Source: the human T2T-CHM13v2.0 reference genome, Homo sapiens
NCBI RefSeq assembly: GCF_009914755.1
Contig: NC_060937.1
Direction: 5' to 3' (one strand)
DNA length: 64,000 nucleotides
The number at the start of each line of letters is the position of its first letter. The stretch's first letter is position 1. The notes under the pieces were generated by a model. It was not told the origin of the DNA. It worked only from the letters and a program-made list of their open reading frames with translations, and did not search any database. The position numbers were made by a program, and so were the translations under genes. This document shows positions 51,494-64,000 of the stretch, in pieces.

Positions 51494-53554
51494 AAGTTTT
51501 GTCTTTGATCTTTAGTCAAAACATTTGCTTGGTGTCCTTTCTGTGACTATTAACAATATTGTTAAATATAAATCAGCCTAGTGACAAGTATTTATGAAAT
51601 TTCTGTAATATCCAATACATTTGGTAGATCTGTAAACTCTGTTTCTTAGGTAGATAGAAGTTTATGATACAAAGTTGTCTACTTTGAGGAGAGCCATTTT
51701 TAAAAGGAGGTGTGCATATGAGATAAATTTATTTTTAAAAGATAAAGGGAGATCATTATTCAGTGGACTTCTGAAGTGTTCATTACAAAGGAAATATGAA
51801 AAGGTGAACTGAGATCCTTCCATTTCCCAACAGTTATAGGATAGTTTGCGTAACGCTCACTGTCCATGGAAAAACTTAGGTTTACATAACATAGGAGTGG
51901 TTTGTTGCACTTTTGAAGTTAATGTAGGTGGTTAATGGATACTGATAAATTTGGCTTTGAAGGCAAGAAAGATGAGCAAAGTAAGTTATGGAGAATTCTA
52001 GCTATTTATTGTATATAAGAGGCGAAACCATCTTAGCCATTATTCTTTTAGTAAATAAAACTGCCAGGGAAGCAAAGCATCAGTCAGGGTCCATCTTTCC
52101 AAGTATGTCAGTACAGGGTTGAGACATCAAACCTTAACTTACTCCAGTCTTCTGAAAAAGATTCAGGACCCTGGCTTATATGAAATAATTTCCTTAAAAG
52201 TACCTCCTTTGTATTGTTGAGGAAGATGAATTGCATACCCTACCTCTTCTCATCTATGGAATTAGAAAGAGTTCTATGTTAGGGAAAGATACATTGAGAG
52301 AACAGCATGTTTAAGGTTCAGGATTCACATTGATCACTGCAATAACAGGCTCTTTACTGAAAATACTTAGTCTCAGCTGTTTTAATAATTTACTTTTTAG
52401 ACACAAGAAATCCTAGTCAGAGACTATATATTCTGTTTCCTGGTTATAACAAATAAATTTTAAGAAGAAATAGTGGTTAACTTATTTTAAAACTAAGAAA
52501 GTGTGAAATCAGAAAGTAACATCATTATTTCACTTTATTTTACTGAATAAAAAGAACACATTGTGTAAGATAGACAGTTAAACTTAGGCAGCTGAGTAGT
52601 GAATTAGAGATGAAGTAGAAATAAGACGTAGAGACCATTCTTTCAAAAAATGTGGCCACAAAGAGCAGGAGAGAGAGTGTGAGTACTGGAGCAAGATCTG
52701 GTAGGAGACAAGCAGCAAGAGGGTCCTGAACAATTTGGAAAAGTTAGCTGTGGGAAAGAATGGGGACAGTTGAGAGAGCAGGAAAGGAGAGAGAAATGTC
52801 ATTCAGTTTTGCGATATAGGAGAGGAATGCCTTTTATTTTTTCCTGTGAGGTAGCAGGTGAGGTCATCTACTGAGAGAAGGTAAAGATAATGAGGTGAGA
52901 GTAAATTTTCCTACCTATACCTTTTGCTCTTTTCTAATCATATAGCTCAGAATTCTGCTCTGCCATCTTGGTCTACAAAGTTTTAATTATCTTCCCCACC
53001 TCATTAAAATGTTATCTTTTTGTTTGTATTTTTATTTTTGGCAGATGATTCCTGAGCCCTACCAATTGAAATTAGTCACACACGGTACTCAGTAGGTTAG
53101 CTATGTTGTATTGTGTATTTAACTTTTGCTTTGCACACTGTTGAAAAGTCTGTCTCTTCCATTAAACCGCTGGGTGTTGAAGAGTTGGCCAGTCCTTTAT
53201 TCATCTCTCCTCTGGTAGATCTTATTGTGGCTCCTTTTACAAATTGGGAACTCAATGAATAATTTGTTAGTTTATTGACTAAAGTATAAACACTATTATT
53301 ATTTAATATAGCTGATTGTAGTAAGCACTTGCTTAAATTCTGAGATAGTTTATTTGTACAATTCTATTACCATTCAAAATGTTTTTCAAAATAGAATGAC
53401 CTTCTGTAGGGGAAAAATTTATGCCAATAGTTTAACTTGTCTTGACCTTTTTCAGTAATGTCTTCTGTTTTAATATTGAGAGAAGTTAGTCAGATTGTGC
53501 TAACTGCTATTCATGCTGAAGTGGAACTTTAAACTTTGCATTTTTATGTCTCAT

Positions 53555-54000
53555 GTATTCTAGCCAACTAACAAATATTTAAATATCAACTCTGTACAAA
53601 AGATTATGCTCAATTCTAACATAGTGTGGCTTCTGGTCTCAAAGACTTTATAATTCAGTTAGGGAGACATTTTTCATTTTTATGAAAAATGAAATTATGA
53701 AATAAGTAACACAAAGTAAACAAATAATAGCAGAAGTACCGGTACACCAATGAGTGTGATGTTGGCAAAGCAGTGAGGTCAGAAGACAGTGGGAGATAAT
53801 GGTCTAGGGCAGCTCCCTGAATACGAACTGGATTTAGAAGACTGGCTAGGATTGGATTAGCTAAAGATAGGAAAGTAACATATTTCAGACAAAATTAATG
53901 GAGTGGGGGAAAAAAACCACCCAAACCATGGAGGTACCAAAGGACCAAAGATGTTTGGAGAGATATAAACTAATTTGGTAGAGAATTAATGAAATAATAT
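53555..54000 (-). mobile_element. L2 fragment
   Basis: aacaaatatttaaatatcaactctgt...tctcaaagactttataattcagttagggagaca. Confidence 0.55.
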
Positions 54001-54569
54001 GAAAGCCTTGATTCAGGATGAGTAGTAAGCATTATGTAACGTAAAGGTACTGGATCGTAACATGGAAGATTCTCCCCATCCCACTCCAAGACTTCATACC
54101 ATATTTAAAGGGGATAATTGACTGGTGAGGAAATGTCAACACAGAAGTAAAGCATTTCCATTAAACTAATTTTCACCAACCCTGAGTAATTGCTATAGGA
54201 TAGTATAGGGTGGAGAGAGATATATATATCTTTATAAATACTTATTTTCTTCTCCATCAAAACTTACAGGGAGCCACAGTTTTTATTAATATCTTGCTAA
54301 GATAAATGCATGGTCATTGAAGATTTTTTGAAAAAGGCCTTAAAATGGTAAAATCTCTATTCTCTGAAGATTAATCTCGTGTGTGTTATGGGAAGTTTGA
54401 TTGGGATGAGAGGATTGATCTATAAATGGTTAGCACTCAGAATAGTGATTATTGTCTAAAAATAACTGACATTGACTGTGTATGGATTTATTGTTGTTTT
54501 GGTAGTTCTTGTGATTGTGATTATTATACTCTTACAGTATACATTACTGTTAGTTCATGTGGGTTATGT

Positions 54570-55483
54570 AGTAAGTTAGTTTCCTAGGGCTGCCATAACA
54601 GTACCAAACAGCAGTTTTTCTCTCATGGTTCTGGAGCCTGGAAGTCTGAAATCAGGGTGTCAGGAGGGCCATGCTCCTTCTGAAAGCTGTAGAACATTCC
54701 TCCTTGCTTTTTCCTAGCTTCTGGTGGTTGCTAGCAATCCTTGGCATTCCGTGGCTTGTGAATGTGTCTCTCCAGTTCTTGCCTGCATCTTCACATTGCC
54801 TTCCTTTCTATGTCTCTATGTCTTCACATGGACTCCTTTAAAAAAAAACAAAACAAAACATGGAGTCTCGCTCTGTTGCCCACGCCAAAGAGCAGTGGTG
54901 CTATAATAGCTCACTGCAGCCTTGAGCTCCTGGACTCAAGTAATCTTCCCACCTCAGCCTCTGGAGTAGATAGGACTGTAAGTGTGCACCACCATGCTTG
55001 GCTCATTTCACGGATGTTTATTTGTTTGTTTTAGAAACAGGGTTTTGCTTTGTTGCCCAGGCTGGAGTGCAGCAGCGTGATCATAGCTCACTACAGCCTC
55101 AAAGACCTGGGCTCAAGTGATCCGCCTGCCTCTCACTTCCAAGTAGCTGGGACTACAGATGTGCACCACCATACCTGGCTAATGTTTTGGCTTTTTTCGT
55201 AGATGGGGTCTCACTATGTTGCCTGGACTGGTCTTTAATTCCTAGGCTCACGGGATCCTCCCACCTCAGCCTCCCAAGTAGCTGGGATTACAGGTGTGAG
55301 CCACTGTGCCCGGCTCCACGTGACCTTCTTATAAAGACACCAGTCATTGGATTTATGTCTCCCCCTAATCCAGTATGATCCTGTCTTAGTTACATCTGCA
55401 AAGACCCTATTTCCCAAATAAGGATGTGTTCTGAGGTTCTGGGTGGACATGAATTTTGAGAGAATACTGTTTAACTCAGTACA
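54570..55483 (-). mobile_element. MLT1B-like MaLR LTR, interrupted by a trimeric AluJ
   Basis: ttagtttcctagggctgccataaca...ttacatctgcaaagaccctatttcccaaataagg...aca. Confidence 0.85.
54840..55315 (-). mobile_element. AluJ-derived trimer (left arm plus two right arms)
   Basis: Right arms at ~54860-55005 and ~55032-55182, left arm at ~55199-55315. Confidence 0.85.
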
Positions 55484-57449
55484 TCTGGTAATATTGTATC
55501 TACTGTGTTTCCCTAACAGTGTTAGAGCAGTTGATTTGGAAACAGTTTTCTCAATGTGAGACATGATGTCTTCAGGAAGAAGTATCCAAGGATATTAAAA
55601 GAAGATGATTCAAAATCCTCTTGTGGGAGATAAGAAAATATAATTGAAAGGATCTTCTTCTGCAGCTAATGCCACTCTCCTCTAGACTAAGTGATATCTT
55701 GAATAGGCCCCATGTCAGGATAATGGTGGCAGAGCTAGGACTTCCCTGAGCCCTAGACAAATTTTCTTTGTATTATACCAGGCCAATTTCTTCATACAAG
55801 TAGGACAGCCCAGCTGCAAGGAATTGCCCTAGGGTATTCACTAGTGAATTAGGAAGGAGCTTGTGTTATTCTGTGCATCCAGCCACTGTTAAAAAATATG
55901 TGTTGGGTTGGGGGCAGGAATTTCAGCATTTAATCTAACAAGGTGTTTTGGATGAGTTGTTTATTACCGTGGATTATAACGAGCCTATGGGGAACTGAAC
56001 CCAAATGGTAAGGTCATGTTCTACGGTGACGACAAATGGCCTCTGAATAAAGCACTTCAGCTGTACCCAAGCAAGTTGACTGTACAGTTAGTTCACTCCG
56101 CTGGAGAGACAGTCTTGAAAATTTTCACCTTAATCAGCTTCAAAACAGCAGTGTAATAGTAGACTCTCACTCATCAGTCATCATGATGCATTCCAAGTTT
56201 TGTACTTACAGGAGAATTGATGTTGCTTCTGAAATTTTCTGTTTTCCAGGACTTCTAGTGTGATACCATTTATGAATAATATCCTTATCATGTGGGCATA
56301 GAAGGTGAATTTGAAGAAAATTTCAGGAAGCTCTGTGTTCAGAGAAATGTGTGCGTGGAATCTATGGGGCCTCCTCCTTTTAAACTGTTACATAACCCTG
56401 CCATTATTTACACTAGCTTATGATTCTGTCATTATACCATGGTTTCTACCATAGAAGACCAGCATTTCTGAGTCATTTTATCATTCTGAGTCACTGGACT
56501 GCCTAATGTGAAGAGTTCATTTTATACAGCGTTAAGTAGACATTTTCTTCTGAGCTTGTGCTAAGTTACAATGAATTTAAACATATATATTACATATGTA
56601 ATATATGAAAATATATGCATATTTTAATACTATAGGTGTGGAGCTATGCTTAGCAGGAAAATAGTCTTAGAGTGCTGACATTCCAGTTGCTTACTATTTA
56701 TTCATTTAATATCATTTGCTGAAGGTTCTTTTATCAAAGAAAACTCTTGCTGTATTGTGCCCTTGGTATTTGTGTGAATCAAAGACCTCTCAAAAACTAA
56801 CCTTCTCCCTCAGTTATGTCATTGCGCGTGTAGCCCTGTCATCTTTTGCTCAGTACCTACATGTTATCTAAAAACTTGGTCAAGCAGTCGTGAATGCAGA
56901 TACCAAGAGCATTTTTTGACCTGAGATTAATTTGTTGCACTTCCATTGCAGTTGTGAATTTTCAAAGGCCCTCTTGAATCGACTTTTAGACCAGTTCTGT
57001 AGTGTGAATACCCGTAGGAGCACCCAGATTGCTCTGTGTTTTGAATTAGGTACTGAAGAGATTCAGTAGAGTGAGTGGTGGATTGAAGTCATTTATGCAC
57101 TATCTACAGGAGTTACCTTGGCCACATCAACACAGCACATGTACACTTCAGAAAGGCAGTGGCTGGGAACTGATGAGAGTATTATGTTCCAAGTTACTTT
57201 CCCTTTGTCCTAGGAACCTTATATCTAAATAATCTATCTCCCCTGGAATAATAACTGATGTAATTATTTTATTAATGGCATATATTCAGCATAAACTCTG
57301 CAAAGCAGGGACTGTGTGTACTTGACTCTGTTACAGTCTGGCACCCAGTACAATGTCCATGAATTTTAAGTGCTCTGTAAATATTTATAGACTGAATTAA
57401 TGAGCGAGTAAATGAATGAATATAGTTTATTGAGTTGATATTACAAAGA

Positions 57450-57685
57450 GGTTCGGAGCACAAGCCCTGGTATCAGACTGCCTCTACCCCCCTCAAGTTG
57501 TGTCACATTGGGCAAGTTGCTTTACTCTCTGTGTCTCAGTTTCCTTATCTGTAAAATGGGAGTAATAGTTGTACCAATTTTATAGGGTTGTTATTAGGAC
57601 TATCTGATATATACATGGAAAGCTCTTAGAACAGTCCCTGTATGTATCAAATGCTCCATAAATATTAACTCCTGTCAGTGTCATT
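57450..57685 (+). mobile_element. MIR SINE
   Basis: ttgggcaagttgctttactctctgtgtctcagtttccttatctgtaaaatggg. Confidence 0.85.
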
Positions 57686-59329
57686 ATCATCATCATCAGT
57701 AGCAGCATCCTCCATTTGCAGTAACCAGGAAGCCTTGGTTAAAGTCTATGTCATGAGCATTTAGTGGGCCAGTTCCAAGGGGAGGAAATGTCTTAGTCAT
57801 GGCATATTCCTTAGGACTATTCAACTTATTTCTGGTCCCATCTTTAGTCTTTGCTGTTGCATCACAGGAATTTACCAGTGATTTGCAAAACATGGGCTGT
57901 CTTCTGACATGGACACTCTTTTTTCTGCAAAGGAGTTTCTTATCCAAGTTGTTGCCATTTTAATCTTCATCGTCCTCAAGAAAAGGGGTTGGGCTTGGAG
58001 AGGTGTACAGAGTACTGAAGATGCTCTGAATGGATGACTGGAGAAGATGTAGCAAATTTGTCATCACAAGTGACTCCCTTATTTTCGTGGATTGAGAGTA
58101 TGGAATAAGGAAAAATTGCAAGCCATTAAGGGTTAAATTGCTTTCTATTGTTTTAGGAATTTGGATTTGATAGACCAATGTCCAGAGAGCCATCTGTGGT
58201 CCTACAACTTTTAAAATCAACGATAGGAATCAGTCCTGTTGGTATCAAAATTCTTTTCTTAACCATTTCCATCTACACATTTGAAAATATTCTCTGTATA
58301 CACAAATATTTTGCTGATTTTTACTTTGAGTTCATCTTTTATACAAACTAGAGGTGAACCATGGTTCCCATGTCACTGTCATTTGTATTGCAAGGTTTCA
58401 AGCCCAGATGGGCTGGTGTGTGGCATTTTACTGTTACTCACCTTGGAAGGCATTCCTTTCAAGAGTACCTTGACAACAGCAGAGTCATGAAATATATCTT
58501 CCAGGGAATCATCTGACATTTATTCTTTTGCTGTAAAGCTTGGGAACTCACAAGAGCCAAAATGCATGAAGGAAGCACTCATTCTTTTATAGCCCCTGTG
58601 GTTGCGGAACTGCTGTCACCTGGTGTTGCTCCACCTACTGTGTGATCTGAGGCAGTCTTGGCAAAAGCCTTCCCCCTTGCTGGCTAGATGCTTACATTAG
58701 CAGAGAGGGGAGTGGTATTAGGTATGTCCTAGTCTCTGGGGTTTAGTGCTGGGGTTAAATGCTGGGCTTGTATGTCTTTGCTTGGCTGCACTTGGATGCT
58801 ACAGTGACCCAGGTTGGTGGAAACCTGAGTAGTTTTTCTTTCCAAGATGTGTGCCCTTCCCTGTTTATTTACTGATCCTCCTACACTAAGCCTTGAATGC
58901 AGGCTCCACACCTCACTCTCCTGCAGCTTCACCTCATTACAGATGGAGGAATAGCTCTTCTCTCAGTTACCAGTGAATGTTTTACATTTTTATAAATATG
59001 TACTCATTTAGTGTAGGAAGACAACCATCAGTATTAGACCTTAAGCTCATTGAAACAAATTTCACGGTTGCAAAAAGACTTCTAACCATATTGGCACAAA
59101 GAACAGAAGAGCTTTTCCATCTGCAGCAATCATGCAAGTCCAGCTTGTTTCCTGGATTGGAGAGAAGTCAAAACATTAGGGCAGCTTCTTCAGCCCAGAG
59201 CTATTGCTACGGGTAGAAAAAGAAAGGAGCCAAAAAGATGCCTTCTAGTGGATTGAGTCATATCATGGTTGAGTATTTGGTGTTTTTTTTTTTTTTTTAA
59301 GTTTAGTAAACCCTGAGTTACCTCCAGAT

Positions 59330-60190
59330 TTTTCTGTTGGTTCTTCTTTCTCTGTTAGAGCCTTAGATGTGAGGCTCCCGAAGGTTCTGCCCTCCTGCTG
59401 CTTACTCTTTTTTTGGTGATCTGCATCTGTGGCTTAATTATCCTATACCTACAGTTCTCAAGACTGTGGCCCATTCTGTTCTCATGAGCCTGAGACTGCA
59501 CTCCAGTTTAGCATATTCTAAATAGAAATAATTCTCTTTCCCTCCAAATATGCTCTTCTCTCTTCCTTCAGTAAATGGCATCAATGAGTAACTCCAACCA
59601 GAAATAAGCCCCACATTTTCCCTCTAACCTCACGGTATCAGTGCCCATGGCCTGCTGACTTAGCTCAGACCTGTCTCCAGACTCTGGCCTTCTTTGTCTA
59701 TTCCCAAGAGTACTTTTGAAATTTCCATCTCTTACAGGTTTACTTGGATTGTTGCAGTAAGCCCTAGATTGGTCAAACTGCCTGTTGTCTCTAGGTTTCT
59801 CCAGCTGCTCCGCCGTCAGATATCCAAAGTTCTATACACATTCCCCTGTGTATAGACTCTCAATCACTTTTAGAAAAATGAAGCTCCAAGCCCTTCATTC
59901 TCCCCACTTGGTCAGTCTCACCTGTCACAACTTTCCCACCAAACTTCAAACTTTTTGATTCAGATATCCATGGCTGTGTACATGCAGTCCTTTGCCAAAA
60001 ATAGATGTTCTCCTTCACTGACCTCCTGCCGCCTCTATGGAACTTCTACCTTCAAGAATTAGCTTTAAGCCCCAAACCCATTCTTATGAGAAGCCTGCCT
60101 TAATTACAGAGCAGAGTTGAAAGACTCTTTGTAAGAATTCTCACAGCCCTTAGTTCAAATTTCTACTTTAGTATTTGTGTATCATTAGAT
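59330..60190 (+). mobile_element. L2 fragment(s)
   Basis: cttcagtaaatggcatc...ggattgttgcagtaagccct; degenerate L2 ORF2/3' sequence. Confidence 0.55.
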
Positions 60191-60239
60191 TACATGTGCA
60201 TTTCATTTATATAATTTTGTATTAAGTAAGATGTATATA

Positions 60240-60667
60240 CAGTTGACCTTTGAACAATGTGGGGGTTAGGGGCACTGACCCCACCTCCCCTTCCAGTTGA
60301 GAATTTGAGTATAACTTTTGATTGCCCAAAAACTTAACTACTAATAGCCTGCTGTTGACTGGAAGCCTTACTGATAGCGTAAACAGTCGAGTAACACATA
60401 CTTTGTATGTTATATTTATTATATACTATAGTCTTACAATAAAGTAAGCTGAAGAAAAGAAAATGTGACTAAGAAAATCATAAGGAAGGAAAAGTATGTT
60501 TTCATTAGATGGAAGTGGATCATCATAAAGGCCTTCATCTTCATCCTATTCACGTTGAGTAGGCTGCTGAGGAAGAAGAGGGGTTGGTTTCAGGGGTGGC
60601 AGAGGTGGAAGAAAATCCATGTATAAGTAGATCTGTGCAGTTCAAATCCATGGTTCAAGGGTCAATG
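60240..60667. mobile_element. Tigger2a (MER28) DNA transposon
   Basis: TIRs cagttgacctttgaaca...gttcaagggtcaatg flanked by TA dinucleotides. Confidence 0.88.
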
Positions 60668-61044
60668 TAGTCCCTAAACATGTCTAGTAAATAACATTTA
60701 ATTTCATTGTTTTCTTTATCTCCATTAGCCGGAGCAACTTGGAGGCAGGAAACGTATGCATTGGCATTTCCAATACCTAGTAGAGAGCCCTGTGCAAATT
60801 GGAATGGCAATATTTTTTGAGTGAATAAAAGCCAAACCAGTTTCCTTTGTGTTTCCATCCAGAAGTTCGTTCTCCTTTCACCTTCATTCTCATAATCTAG
60901 TCATCCTTATAGAAGCCCTTTCTTCCCAACACTCTGATAGGGAAGCAATTGTTTTATTCTCTTCCCTCCCTTTATCAAGTAGAGCTTTCTCAGAGTTTGT
61001 GGGAGAAATGATTAACATACCTTGCCTTCATATAGCAAGGACAG

Positions 61045-61280
61045 ATGTGGTGGGGTTGAGGTATGAACTTTGCTCCCATAAAGGTCTGTATCTGTATCCC
61101 AGGTCTTCCATCTTCTAGCTTGATCATCATGAACAAGTTGGTTAACTTCACATACTCCTCAGTTTACTCACTGTTCATTGAGGGTGATCTGTGCCTCATG
61201 GGGTTGCTGTGAGGATTACATGAGGTACCTTAAAGGTCTTGGCACTCAGTAAGCCCTCAGAAAGTGGTAATTACTGTTTT
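61045..61280 (+). mobile_element. MIR SINE
   Basis: ctcagtttactcactg...cctcatggggttgctgtgaggattacatgag. Confidence 0.7.
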
Positions 61281-62099
61281 CATGGCAGAAATTATATTCA
61301 TTTCAGCAGTAGGTGAACTTTAATTTACTTTTAGATAAGGTTAATTTTATCTGAAGTTAAAGAGCAGTGTATTTTACACAATTATTTGCCACCTCAGATT
61401 TAACAATAATTTAAAAAACTCATTGTTTTTAAACTAGTTTCTTGTGCGTGCCATTTTTGACAAAAAAGATTGGGTTTTACATGTAATATTGGCTTTCTTT
61501 TGGTGTTCATTACTTGCCAAATGTATATTTTTGTTTGAATAATGTTCAGGACTGAAAATATATGAATTTAAATATAGAAAAAGAGATAATTATAACATTT
61601 TAGTGTGGAGACCATGGTTATAAACAGCTTGAAAAAGCAACACATTACTGTGTTTTCTATTAACCCAAGAAGTAAAGCATTGGTTATTACTGAGATTAGA
61701 GTCAAAAGTATGTACTGTTCTATTTTTCAGTATTGATTAGGAAAAGTAATAGCTTAGCAATTAGCCTCTCTTTTTTTTTCTTTTATTATTTGAATGTCTG
61801 GTAATTGCACATATTTTCATTCAAAATTACTGTGGGTAACATTGAACCCCCAATTGAGAAATCTAGTTCCTACTTTCAAGCCTACTATTGATGAGCAAAT
61901 TGTTGAATCTTTCTTTGATGGCCTATCTAAATGAAAACACTAATAATGTCACACTTATTTATATATATATATATAAAACCATCACTGAAAAAATTATACT
62001 TAATATTTTTATAGTATATTATGTATTAATATTTTCATATATTTTAAAAGTATATTAATAGAGAGCTATTATGTAAATTAATATAACACTTAACATTTT

Positions 62100-62495
62100 T
62101 ATTCAATTTTTAAAATATATATTGAACACCTACTATGTGCCAGGCAGTGTTCTAGGTACTTGAGATACATCAAAATATACCCTCCCCTGCTGAAAAACCC
62201 CTCCTCTTGTTTATGTTGCATTTACTAATCTCTTTATAAATAACATTATAATTTATATATGTTAGAAGGTCATAGAAGTGATACATGCTATGGGGAGAAA
62301 TAGAACAGAGTAAGGGGGATTGGGAATGTGAGTGTGAGGTAGAGGGAATGGATGCCAGTAGGTTAGGCTTCATTAAGAAGATATCATCTGAGCAGAAGCC
62401 TTGAAGGTTGGAGGAGTGAGTCCAGCATTTGTCTTGGGAAGAGTGTTTAAGGCAGAGTAACAGTCAGTACACAAGCCCCACAGCAGGAGTGTTTA
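62100..62495 (-). mobile_element. L2a 3' end
   Basis: tattgaacacctactatgtgccaggcagtgttctaggtacttgagataca. Confidence 0.8.
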
Positions 62496-64000
62496 TAATA
62501 GTAGTACAACGAAAATCCTGACTTGAGCTAAAAAAAAAAAAGGAGTATTATTTCTTTATTTTTCATATTTATTGATTACCTCTCATATATTGTATATTAG
62601 GAACGATGCTGGACATGTTGGGGAGACATGTTAGGAAAACCAGAACTCCATTCCTTAAAATCTGTAAAGAAGGATAAAATGATCTGATCACTGATAGCTT
62701 TCATTTAATGCAGACTGTGATCAATAGCCTAAAAGAGCTAGAGTCTCTTGAAATTCAGAACAGAAAGCTCCATCCTGCCTGAGGTGATTATATGAAAGGA
62801 GACCATTCAGAAGGATAGGTTTGAAAAATGATGACGGCTGGGGAAATGAGACACTAGATCAAAGGCTAGGAAATGGGGATGCGCAGGTCACTGTCAAAGA
62901 TAAACGTAGTTTACTTGGAAATGCATTGGAAGGGGCTTGGATTCAAGAAGGATGTAAGGATCTGATGACTAAATGTGTAGGAGAAATTGAGTGGGGAGAA
63001 GGGGTAGTTGGCAAAAATAACTCCCAGCCAAGCTTGTGTTCAGTCAGTACACAGTTGCTGCTGTCTGCAGCCAGTGTCTGTTCTGATTAGCCGGTGTCCA
63101 TGCCAACCATTTGGTCCTGCTTCCAGGTGTCAGACTTGGGTAACAGGGATCATGATGGAGGCATTAGTGGCGTGTGGTGCTTTCTGCTTATTTTTCTTTT
63201 GTGTTCATGTAATGCGTTGTCACCTGGATTTTCTGAAGAGTGTAGTGACTTCAGAATTTGCACTGTAGTTTTTTTCTTTGCTCATAGAGATTCAATGAAA
63301 TACTCTCCTGAGTTTTAATGTCATTTTGAGGGGGCTCTTTGAGGTTTGTGTGAGTCAAAAGATCAGTGGATAAAAAATCAAGAGACAGATCCACATTTTA
63401 AGTGTGGGCTATGCAACATACAACCAAGTAAGCCTCTGACCCTGAGACTTTTTCCTTAGTATCTCTAGACTTTCATTTCCCTATCTAAAAAATGAGTCAT
63501 TGTGCTAGGTAATCTCTAAGACCCCTTACAAACTCTAAAACTCCACAAAATCCAAAACTTAACAACCAAAGATCCAAACTTCTTTCACCAGCAGCTTTCC
63601 TGAGTAGAGAAACAGTAATTGTCAGCCTCATAACCATTAGGCTAAATATTATGATGTTAGGTGTAAGCAGTTTTCAATTTCAGCAGGCAACTTTTTTGTT
63701 CAGAATAATTTTCTCAAAAGTTTTGAGCTATTTTTTCTTTTTAAAAATAAATATCAGCAACTAAACTGTCTAAACTGATCTCATATCATTTGCTGTTTAA
63801 TATTACAGCAGAATTTTTATTGTGTATAAATGTTATTTAAAATGTACAACACTCTTTCACTGAAGGGTGGCGGGGACACAGAATACTTTAGCTAGCAGCT
63901 TTCTTTGTGTGATACATCAGTGTTCTGGCTTCAGAGTTTGGCCATGAGCAGGATATTCCCCATTCACTGAATAACTTCCAAGAGCATCTGTCCTTAAGAT

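Noticed and set aside
57840-58250. Possible processed pseudogene or CR1/L3 remnant
   Set aside because: No sustained ORF or recognisable protein; similarity too weak to call by eye.
61950-62125. Very AT-rich tract
   Set aside because: Low-complexity sequence next to an L2 tail, with no defined repeat unit.

Overview
Human genomic DNA; an AluYa5 makes the species call secure. The window lies inside the WDFY2 gene (WD repeat and FYVE domain-containing 2, chr13q14.3) on the + strand. It holds the 3' part of intron 1, coding exon 2 (35530-35597), the ~14.5 kb intron 2, coding exon 3 (50084-50157) and the start of intron 3. Both exons were recognised by translation and GT-AG boundaries; neither appears in the ORF track. 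Most of the rest is interspersed repeat: about 20 Alu/FLAM elements, a near-full-length antisense L1PA4-like element, L1PB1 and L1M fragments, MER52A/MER41/MLT1 LTRs, Tigger/MER DNA transposons, and MIR and L2. Repeat subfamilies were assigned from remembered consensus features, not a RepeatMasker run. I found no convincing new biological system. The best leads are an L1 antisense promoter/ORF0 aimed at WDFY2 exons 2-3, two candidate poison exons, a tailless Alu with a perfect 16-bp TSD, a trimeric AluJ, and young AluYa5 and AluYd insertions.
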